Shown: piece after piece, positions 1-10,369 of the stretch
How the letters are laid out: every line of letters starts with the position of its first letter
How positions within the stretch are numbered: position 1 is the stretch's first letter
Assembly: GCF_018350175.1 (NCBI RefSeq)
Contig: NC_058368.1
Coordinates: 17,300,001 to 17,364,000, forward strand
Reading direction: 5' to 3'
DNA: 64,000 nucleotides
From: Felis catus
Taxonomy: Eukaryota
Position numbers and translations under genes: made by a program
The notes under the pieces: generated by a model
What the model was told of the DNA's origin: nothing
Database searches by the model: none
Seen by the model: the letters and a program-made list of their open reading frames with translations, nothing else

Positions 1-2878
1 AAAATCATGCATATTTTAGGCCAAATAACTGAGTTAAGACAAGTTGTCCCATAGCTGACAATGTTTACGTACAGGGGTTTATAACTGAGGCTAGGAGGAA
101 AGAAGGAAAATGCAGAGCTGAAGGGCCAACACGCAAGGAGTGAGGGCTTTAAATGGCCAGAAAGGGATCTGAGTACTCCAGAGAACGAGCGAAGGTGTGG
201 AAGAGGAATTTACCAACACAGGAGGTGCACAAACCCTGCCTGTTTGGCAGTTGTGCCTGGGTCCTTGGTGGAAACCAGGGCAGAATTCCAAATACTGGCC
301 AGGTGTAGCTTTCCATACGAGCTCAGATATCTTAATTCAGGCCTTGAGAGTGCAAGCTAGGGCAGTTCCGCCCATTTCCCTCGTTCAGATTCACTGAGTC
401 CAGCTTCTGTGATGTCTATCAGGTATTTCCTGTTAGAGTCTCACCACCCACCGACCCTGACCCTCCCATACTGACACAGGGCAGTAAAAAAGGGAAGAAA
501 TATGGTGTTCCCCACATTTCATTCACTTTGTTATCGTTAGGTGCTAACACGTATTACGAGATTTTCCTCTCTTAAGAAACCATTTTGAGACTCTTCTATA
601 TTCCTCAAAGATCATTTTCTTCTTATTCTTTAAAGGGTTCTCATGATCTGGTTTTCTGTTTGTGTAAATTTTATCTTGTAAGGATTTTCAGTGTCAGTTT
701 CCTGACGGCCCAAAGTGGATATATATGTATATGCGTATGTGTGTGTGTATAAAACATACACATACGCCTATACGTATATTCATTCGTTGCCCTAAATCTC
801 CAGAGCACCTGGTATACATACAGTTCCATACATATATGACCCAGTAGTGGCGTTAATTAACATTTTCCATCTTCTTTCGGTTCTTCAGTGAATGAAAGAT
901 ATTTTCCAGCAGAACTGGACAGCAACCAGTTGAGACGTGAGTCGTTGACTCAAAGATGTCTTTCTGCTCCCTTCTAAAATTGATGAGTGCCGAGCTACAG
1001 CATTTATCCCACTCTCATGGGAAGTAGTTACCGATCAGGGTGAGGAAGAAGTGCAGACTAGGGAACAATGTGCTTTCAGATTTTTTATCTGTTTATCAGC
1101 CTTAACGTTTTTGTTGCAGCATTATCCTCTTTCTAAAACCCGGCTTAGTCAGTTCTTCCCGTGCCGGTTGTTTTAATAGCTTCAGAAGCATTCTTTTTAG
1201 TAAGCCTTTAAATCCCTTATCAGAGCTGGGCAGATCATAGGGTTCAAATATCCACAGGGAGTAAGATCCAACTCAAAAAAATGGGAGGCTGACATGGCTC
1301 GTTGTACGTTGTTGGTGATTTCAGCTGCGTTTTTTGGAACTGGCCAAAATCCTAATCTTTGTCTCCTGTGACATCTGATCCCGCATTTGACTAATTAAAA
1401 AACATGGCTGGGACACTATCCTGTTCAACCACAAAAAAAGCAAAGCGTCTCCACCAATCCCTGTGGTCTCTCCGGAACAAGTATACCAGTAGTCCGTTGG
1501 GTTTATGTGAACTTAACTTTGGTTTTGTTGGTATTCTACGAGCTCATGTATTTACTTTGCCATTTAGATTAGGGAATGGAAGTGTCTTGAACCAGAATTT
1601 GTACAGCTGACAGAAAAAGGGGGAAATGACTTCATTTTATTGGTTTTGTTCCTCAAGACTATAAAATGCAATCCCAACTTTTGGTGTCAAATGTCTACAA
1701 TTGAAAATTATATTACTTGGATGCGATTGATGCTGTACAAGCCTCTCTGCTCATATGTAGATTTTAAATGGTTTGTACCCAGACCCATCTTGTCCCAACG
1801 GACATTCTATAGGACAGAGTCTCACCCAGTACCTTGAAAACTGGGTTCCCTGGTGAGATGAGATTGGGTAGTGCCACATGCTCTATCCCTCCCATACATG
1901 CTTAGAGCACATTCCCTTATCGAAGTCACGAAGACATGTGAGAGTAAAGAATTCTGTATACATAGCTTAATCCCAGGACATTTCTCTTCTAGTTGACTCA
2001 GTGATTTTTTTTTTTTAATATCTAGGAACAGACAGGAAAAACAAGATTTGAAAAAACACATTTTGGGAAATGTTTTCCTAAATTGTTCAGTGGAAAACTA
2101 CATAAATGGCTGTACGTTCTATATTTTTGGAGAACGTTTCAGACAATATTTTCATTCATTGTAAAAGCAAAAGTGAGGATCTGTGCGTGTGCACGTGCAC
2201 ATGTGTACATGTGTGCACCCTAGCACACACATGAATTGGATTATGCAGTGATTCTCCTTTCAGTTCTGGAAAGGCATGGAAAGCTGGATGGCCTGTATTC
2301 AGTGTCCAGGTTTGCCTTCCTACAATCACCACGGGAAGCCCTCCCATATCCTACTGTTCACTCAGAGGTGTTCTAGGGAAGCCTAATCTGCTGAAAAGCT
2401 CTGGAATGGAAATCATTACCCACATATTTGATTTCATACTAAAATCTAAATCATGCATGCACTGTCACTTTGACACAGTTTGGTGTGTCACAGTTTGGTG
2501 ACAGTTTTTATCACAGGTTGGTGATTTCTCAAGATCCTCACTTCTGACTTCCCAGAGGATTAGCCACAAATTTTGACTGCACAGGAAAACGACTGGTTCA
2601 GCTACTTCCTGCAACAAGAACATAAAATCTTTGTCCTAGAAACTTCTCCACATCCATGATGGCTTTGAAACGTTCTGCATATTCATGTAAGAAGAGTCAT
2701 GTTCGTCCTGGGACTACATGTATTATCAATTCATAAGAAAGCATGGAATTTACAAAGTCAGATAATATGTTTATGTTAAGTTGTATGTGTGTGTGTGTAT
2801 ACATATTATATATACATATATTATAATAATATAATATAACATAACATAATATGCATATTATACATATATGATAAGTCT

Positions 2879-3132
2879 ACCAGAGTTTTTCCATAGCATG
2901 ATTGACGTTTTGGGCCAGATCATTCTAATTCTTTTTGGTGGGGCAGAGGTCTGACTGTCCAGTGCATTTTTCAGTCCCTGCCTCCCTGTCTTCCACACAC
3001 AAGGCACCACTGGCTAGGCACCTCTCCCTCCCCCTTATTAAGACAACCAAAAACATCTCCCAACATTGTCCAATGTACCCACAAGGGCAAAATCATGTAG
3101 TCCGCCAGCCCACCCCCAAACCGAGAACTACT
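2879..3132 (+). mobile_element. MER20-like hAT-Charlie DNA transposon relic
   Basis: Motifs attgacgttttgggccagatcattct, gacaaccaaaaacatctcccaacattgtccaatgt and gggcaaaatc...gagaactact resemble the MER20 consensus. Confidence 0.75.
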
Positions 3133-3209
3133 TGTTTATATTATGACTTGTATGGTTTATCTTGGCCTAAAAGAATTTGTCAAATGGATCCTCACTTTCT
3201 TTTTAGGTT

Positions 3210-3214
<5 letters not shown>

Positions 3215-3259
<45 letters not shown>

Positions 3260-3285
3260 AAGAGAGAGAGAAAGAGAGAGAAAGA
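3215..3285. repeat. (AG)n microsatellite with degenerate AAAG tail
   Basis: About 20 pure AG units followed by AG/AAAG variants. Confidence 0.95.
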
Positions 3286-3611
3286 AACTTCAGCCTGTGG
3301 ATTTATACCAAATAGACACTTAGGTCCAAAATGCCCCCAAGAAATCTAGTCATTGTTTCTTTTTATTACTCAAAATAAATGAGCTCTTAAAGTACTTTAC
3401 ACCATTTTCTTAAGGACTAAAAACAGAAAAAAAAATTGTTAGAACTATCAGATTTTCTGCATATTTAAATAGGGCCTGAGTTTCCAACCCCTAAGTTCAT
3501 GCCTAAATTGTAAGACCTTAAATAAAGGTTTTAGTTTCTCATCCTGATTTGTTATTATGAAAATTACTCATCAAGCTTGCTGGCAATGTATATTTAAAAG
3601 TTTTTAATGCA

Positions 3612-3815
3612 GAGGCACCTGGGTGACTCAGTCAGTTCAGCATCCGACTCTTGATTTCAGCTCAGGTCATGATCTTATGGTTCCTGAGTTCAAGTCCCAC
3701 ATCATCTCCGCACTGATAGTGTGGAGCCTGCTTGGGATTCTCACTCTCTGACCCTCCCCCGTTCAAGCTCACATTCTCTCAAAATAAATAAATTTAAAAA
3801 GTAAAAATTGTTTTA
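3612..3815 (+). mobile_element. CanSINE (SINEC_Fc2-like)
   Basis: tRNA-like head, CT tract and A tail; flanking repeat aaaagtttttaa at 3596 and 3816. Confidence 0.9.
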
Positions 3816-4533
3816 AAAAGTTTTTAACTGAGATGGCCATTGAAGGATCATTGAAATAACTTATCATTGCTACTAATAATGGCTTCTGATTTACAATAAT
3901 ACATTTTTCTCTCAGTAAAAAGAGTAATTCTCTTTAAACAGACAGAAGTAGCAAATTAAACACCCAACTCTTTCTCACCAGAAAGTTACATTTAGTTTGA
4001 AAGCAAGAGTATCCCAGTTGTAAATTATTTTGAAACACAATACAAAGTTTTCAGTTTTAAAAAGACATCAGGGTCTTTCTAAACCATACTTATAAAACTT
4101 TTTGTTAAAATTCAGTGAAAGATAGGGTCCTTCTTCTTTCTTGACTTCCATCCATCCAGAGTTAGTTGCCAAAAGAATTTTAATAAGAAGGAGTTATTTG
4201 ATATGGCAGTTTGGCAAAAGCTATGTCCAATCTTCTAGTTCAAGTATTCATGATATTGGCTGTTTACGGTGGGCATCTTTGGTTAGGCATTTGATTTGTT
4301 CAAAGGTAAATTTTAATATTCTAAAGATTGCCATTTTATTGAGGAGAAGATTTTTATTTTTCTTACGGCAATATTTATAGACTCATTTGTATCATAATGC
4401 AAATTTTCTCTTCCCCTGGCAGAGCATCCATTTTGGGGAGCATTGGGGGGCTATTTGTGAATGGTATCTTTGATTCCTAGTCTCTGTTCATCCTAATGAA
4501 TCCTGAAATAATTCTACCAAGTTAATATTTCTT

Positions 4534-4768
4534 TCTTTTTTTATTTTTAAACATTTTTATTCATTTTTTGAGAGACAGAGAGAAATAGAGCATGTGCTCT
4601 GAGAAAGCAGAGGGAGAGGGCAGAGAGAGGGAGACACAGAATCCGAAGCAGGCTTCAAGCTCTGAGCTGTCAGCATAGAGCCCGACGCGGGGCTCAAACT
4701 CACCAACCATGAGATCATGACCTGAGCCGAAGTCGGCCACTTAACTGACTGAGCCACCCAGGTGCCCC
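4534..4768 (-). mobile_element. CanSINE (SINEC_Fc-like)
   Basis: Full length; 17-bp TSD ccaagttaatatttctt at 4517 and 4769. Confidence 0.95.
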
Positions 4769-7700
4769 CCAAGTTAATATTTCTTAAGCAGAATTCAGAT
4801 TATGTCTTTTTCTACCCGGTCATCAATCCCTCACTTTCCAGGTTATTTCCTCCTTCCCCACTTTGCTTCTGCAGACCCCACAGAGCTGAACGTTTACACA
4901 CCTTGCTGTTCGACACCTGTTTTCTTGTGATTCCTTTCCCTTAAAGGGACACCGTCCTTTGAGGTCCCTCTTCCGTATCCCTCGTGGTTTACCTTACATT
5001 TTGTTTAATAACTAATGTAGGGTATTTGGTTTGCCTTCCGTACTAGAGTCTAAATCTTACAGAAGGGACTGTGTGTGAACCATCATTCTACTTAATAACT
5101 GTGCTGTGAGTCTGTTCAAAAACAAAACAAAACAAAACAAAAAACAAACAAACAAACAAAAACCACTGTTGTATTGCTGTATGTTGGCTGAATCTTTTTC
5201 CTACAAGGTTTCGTGCTCTAAGACCATACCAGCTTGTCTTTATGTTTATTGTGTTTTTTTTTTCTTTAGCAGCTAAATATTTAAAAGAATGGCTTTTATG
5301 TTAATCAGAGACAGTAAAATCACCAAAGAGGGCTCTATTTGTAGCACTGGAATAATTTTAAAGGGATCAGAGCAGTCACCAAAGGGTTTTGACTAATTAA
5401 ATAATACACAAGTTAAGTACAAAAGCTAGCTTTGTAAAATTAATCTGAAATAAATGAAAAGAAAATGTGAAAAACAAACATACCGCGCTGAAGGCCTTCT
5501 ACTTCATTCCCCACCGCCCCCCTCTCTCTCCCCTTCCTGCTTCCCTCCTTCCCTCTCTCCTTCCTTCCTTGACAGACCTCAAAGACAAGGCTTTTTTTAG
5601 CTTGTCACAGGAGCAATAGCCAGGAAACTAGACGTGATTCCACATATTTCTTTTAAATTTTAAGTCTAGAAATCTAAAACATCCAAACCTTGATTTTGTT
5701 TCTGAGAACAAATAGACCTAGGAACACGTGTCCCAACTCAAGATTTAAAAACAACAATAACAACAGACTAATTCTAAAGTATCTTTGGGGTGATCTCTGT
5801 TAGCTCCAATATTCTAGGATTCGGAGTTAAAATTTGCTCGTGATATTGTAATTCATAGAATGGCTATTATGCTGTCATTCCTTCTTGATCCCTCCTTCCC
5901 AGCCATTAAATTTAAATGTTTGTAGTAATAGAAACAACTCAGGTGAAAGGTTTCTTCTTGTTTTGTTTTGTTTTGTTTTGTTTTGTTTTGCTTTGTTTTT
6001 AACAGATCCAGGTACTTCTGGGATTTTATTCTCTTCTATATTTTTGTCTCAACGTGGATACAGCATTTTCCAACGATAATCCAAACTACAGCTCCAGCTG
6101 TAATCCCTGTTAATTGCAATGGCTGTGTGTGATGGTGATGTGCATGGTGCTGTTATACAAATAGGAATTAGAAAAACAACCGCACTTCACAGGGAATTAA
6201 CTAAATGGTGCTGAACCGGTTACTCCGAGAGGTGCTGGGAGCACTCCTTTCATTTCCCCGTAGAGTTTCCATGGGGTGGGGGGAGATGTCTGGCGCCACA
6301 AAAGGAATTAGACTCTGGTTTGAACAGAGACCTTAAGGCTATTAAATTTATTTTAAGAATGTGTTGCCAGAGATCTAATAAATTTATATAATTTGTTGCT
6401 TCAGGCGGTGCACGCAAGAAGTCTTGCTGCACCAGGTGTTTTGTTTTGTATTTTTTCCTTTCCCCAGAGGCAGGAGAGGGTGTGGATCTTCTTGACAAAA
6501 CTGAACTCAGCTTTTGATAGAGCAGTTATTGTTTCTGTGAAAGTACAGGGTTCGGGTTTCTTTTTTTTTTTTAATTCTATGTGTTAATGGGAAAAAATAG
6601 GATGGAAAGTTATTTCTGGGCTGCTTTAATGAGAAATAATTAAGTCCCCTTTAAAATTTTAATTTAAATTGTGTGTGTATATATATATATATATAATTTA
6701 AAATTTTAAATTTTATATATATTTCATACTATTTCATACTGTTTTAAGCACACAAGTTCTACGATCTTATGTTGAAGAATATATTTGAAATCATATCATA
6801 GTTTATTAAATAAAAAGTCCACCAGACTAGACCCGAAAACCCCTGGGAACTCACTCCTCTTCTGCACATGGCTGCTTGGTAATCTTGATGAAATCACAGC
6901 TTTCTGGATCTTGATAAAATTCGGCAGTGAGAAAATATGCAAATTTGCAGCCCAGGCCTCATTCTTGTTCCAAAATGCTTGCGGTTTATGGTTGTGTTGT
7001 TCATCTGCATAATGGCTTCTTGAATTAGTGTGTGTTCTTGTTTAAAATATGATATCACACTTTCATTTTTCAGAACAAAGTTTCCTTGGCCACGCAAAGT
7101 ACAGCATTAAGATGACTAAGTTAGCTTTTAATTTAGATCGCACGTGATCATCTGATAACGTGCATGCTGTACATGAGAGCTTACCTTGCAATTATATGTT
7201 TGCTTTGTCCTTTGTCTTCTGTAGATGTACACCTGAATTCCTCATCCTGGCCGTGCATACCAACAGTGAAAGCATTCATTCCACTGGGTTTAAACTTCTA
7301 ATTAAGAAAGCCAAGTATTGCACAGTTAAATCAAGTTTAGATTAAGGAAATATTTTTTTTTAAGCCTGAGGTTAGGAGGCTCCCTCTTTTTCTTTTTCTT
7401 TTTGTTACAGAGCCTGAAAGTAAGTTCTTTCCTTTGAGGCAGGGGTGGGGGAGGGGGAGGATGGGGTTGGGGGGAGGGGAACACGCCGAATGAAACCTGG
7501 AGGATGCCCACGGGCTCAGACTTGCCACTCTGGCCCAGATGTGGCCTGATGGAGCACATCATTCAGCCTGGAAGTGTTTTCCTACCAGCTTCCCCAACTT
7601 TTGGCTGTGTCCCCATATTCATTCATTAGCTTGTGTTAATTTTTCTAGGATTCAGTCTCAAATTTTTGGACACTGTCCTTTACACCCTTTGTTCTCCCAC

Positions 7701-8914
7701 TTAATTCTTACCATTTGTCTGCCTCACTACTCATTAGCGTGAGAGGGTTTGCTGCCGGTGGTGGGAAACGCTCAGAACATCACATTTGCTTCTGTTCTAT
7801 AGCACTCATTTATTAATTAAATTACAGCAAATGAAAATTAAGCTCGAGTCATCTGTAAATAGAATGCAGACCCAAATGAAGTAATCTGATTCCTCAGAGG
7901 AAGTACAAAATACCAGCAGGCTGGATGTGGATCCTAGATCTATGACACACCCGGCAAGTTAAAGCATATCATTTAGCCTGACGGTATTTTCTTCCTCCAT
8001 AGAATGTAGAAATGCGTAATAGGCAGGGTTATTGTGACATGCGTTGAGATAATGTGTGTATTACCAAAATTACCTTGACTTCTTGGCCCCATTGTGTCCA
8101 GCCCGATTCTCCATGTAATTTCAGGGTCTCCAGTGCAGAGCTGACATTCAGCCCACTTATACCTGTGCTGGCGTGAGTTCCAGTTGTTTTTGGCCAGGAT
8201 CTCCTGTGACTGGTCAGTGTTGTGCCAATGCTGGTCGCTCAAGCCCATGCTTCTGCTCAAGGGTCGGTGTTCACGAGAAGCTCAGTCCCACAGTGTTGCC
8301 ATAGCTCTGCCTGGAATCCCAGTCCCTAGGTCCAGCCGCCCCAAGCTGGGACCTGCCTATGGCCCCAGGAGCCACCAGGAGTGGGCGCCAGAGCTCCGTG
8401 GTGAACTTTTCCCCGTGTTGTGTATCCAATGACCAGGATATCCAAAAGAGTGCTGCTTGGAACCTGGTACGAATGAGGGTGATCAGGTAACTCTTTCAAT
8501 TTCCACTTACGGTTTTCTCTTTTCACGGGAACCAAACATTCATTTGGGAGCCCGGGCATGAATTAGAGATGAGTAACAAACACCCTTACGCTGTGCTCTG
8601 AATCTCTCCTTTTCTCTGATATTTAAGACTTTGTACAGAGTCTACGTCATTGTGCCTGACACATCCATCTATATTACAGTGAGTTCTCTCTCCAGTGGCT
8701 CCTTATAGCCCAAAAAAATCAGCCTGAATGAGGTCTGTTACTCCTGTTCCCCAAACAAGCATAAATAGGCATGAATCCCAGATGGGGGCTGTGCTTGAAC
8801 CGATATCCCCAGGACAAATGAGTCTAAGATAATTAGAATCTAGCAGGATTAGGAGTTATTGTGCATCAGAACTCATCCCATGTGTATTATTTTCCTCTAG
8901 GTTAAAAATTATCA

Positions 8915-9009
8915 GGGCCCCTGGCTGGCTCAGTCGGTAGAGCATGAGACTCTTGATCTCCCGGCTGTGAGTTAGAGCCCCACGTTGAGCATGAGCCTAC
9001 TTAAAAAAA
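8915..9009 (+). mobile_element. Short tRNA-Lys-like carnivore SINE (old monomeric CanSINE), not a functional tRNA
   Basis: ggctggctcagtcggtagagcatgagactcttgatctc...gagccccacgttg is close to tRNA-Lys(CTT), but has a mutated T-loop (gttagag) and an agcctactt plus poly-A tail. Confidence 0.8.
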
Positions 9010-9301
9010 TTAGCCTATGAATTCTTGCTGTCCATTCTGATTGTGGCAGCATAGCCACGCAGGAGCCCGTATCCCCTTTACCCTTTACTGCTATTAGTGC
9101 TACTGGGTCCAGATGGCCAGGCTGCGCACCCGACAATGCACTGACGGCTCTTTTCCATTCACGCTCCTGATCACGTGCCAGGGAAAGGGTTGGCTAAAGG
9201 GAGGTGAAATGTGTGTGGAGGCAGAACACTTTTCCAATCCTTATGCTCCGTTTTATCTTGTCCCAGAAGGATGACTCATTGTAGCTTGTTTTGAGGCAAT
9301 A

Positions 9302-9901
9302 CAACTGATTTCTGTTATTTGCGGTAGTCATACTCTGTAAAATCACTGCCAATGCTGAGTGATAGCTCCTAGGAGAAACACAGAGTAAGGTTCCCCGTGA
9401 GCCTCTGGTCGCTACGTTTTATTATCCAATCAATATGTGACCTTGGTAGGTGTGTGTTTCTGTTTAAAGATACCTTATTTGGTACATGCTGTAGATTGAT
9501 TAACAGTAAGCTCACAGCTAACAGCTCTATAACTTATATGTGAACAAGCTTACCTAACACGTGTATTTTTTCCGTAGGGCATCACAGCTTTCTTTGCTCA
9601 GGAACACTGAGCTGCGCTGTGGCGCTATGATTGTGTGATATTTTAATCAGTGAAATTACCAACACAAAGCACAAAAATGCGGAAGGGGCGGCACCAAGTA
9701 GGCTGTGAAAAGGACACTAGTTTACAGTATGAAACAAGAAGGCAGAGAATCTGGTGATGCAGATTCTTCCAAGCCACTCGGCAGGTGTCCACGAAGGAGC
9801 AAAAAGCCTGGCAAGTGCTGATTTTGGGGTCACAAATTAATTTTAGTGAGTGGACCAATTTGCGAATACAGAATCCAGGAATAATGAATGGGCATCAACT
9901 G
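9302..9901 (+). mobile_element. MER82-like TcMar-Tigger non-autonomous DNA transposon, near full length
   Basis: TA-flanked, with degenerate terminal inverted repeats (caactgatttctgttatttgcgg ... ccaggaataatg...atcaactg). Internal motifs ctcctaggagaaacacag, tgtgtgtttctgtttaaagatacctt and attttggggtcacaaattaattttag match the MER82 consensus. Confidence 0.8.
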
Positions 9902-10142
9902 TATATCAACCTCTGGTAGAGTACATGGGTAGGAATTCAGCTCTTTGGAATCTCATGTACACATATACCCATCATGGGTATGTGTACGCATCGTATACCC
10001 ATCATGGGTATGTACTCAATGAAATCACGTTTCTAAGGAACAAAACTACATGTGGTAAAGTGAATTGTGATCTGGCTTCTAACGTGAATGTTGGTCTATT
10101 TGTCAGCTCCGTCTCTGCCTTCACCTTATCTGGCAACTTCTT

Positions 10143-10369
10143 TTTTTTGTTTAATTTTGTTTTACATTTTATTTATTTTTGAGAGAGAGAGAGAGAGAGA
10201 GAGAGAGCACAAGTGGGGGAGGGGCAGAGAGAGAGGGAGACACAGAATCCGGAGCAGGCTCCAGGCTCTGAGCTGTCAGCACAGAGCCTGACGCAGGGCT
10301 CTGTGAATCACGAGATCATGACCTGAGCCAAAGTCAAACGCTTAACCCACTGAGCCACCCAGGCGCCCC
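10143..10369 (-). mobile_element. CanSINE (SINEC_Fc-like)
   Basis: Full length; TSD tctggcaa(c/t)ttctt on both sides. Confidence 0.95.

Noticed and set aside
2471..2525. Repeated cacagtttggtg units resembling a repeat-spacer array
   Set aside because: Three to four short degenerate copies with irregular tiny spacers in mammalian DNA; slippage repeat, not CRISPR.
3190..3216. Strong-looking splice acceptor ctcactttctttttag|G
   Set aside because: Leads straight into an (AG)n microsatellite with no FREM2-like coding sequence.
4557..4772. Recurrent ORFs of the type WVAQSVKRPTSAQVMIS...LEPASDSVSPSL (also 21147, 21369, 22884, 29297, 35057, 37102, 38231, 40739, 41061, 46253)
   Set aside because: Translations of CanSINE copies, not a protein family.
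6650..6740. AT-rich imperfect inverted repeat around (TG)(TA)n and a 10-bp tandem atttcatact
   Set aside because: Low-complexity AT sequence self-pairs by chance.
8915..9009. Apparent tRNA-Lys(CTT) gene
   Set aside because: Broken T-loop/B box (gttagag), imperfect stems and a SINE-type A tail mark it as a retroposed copy.
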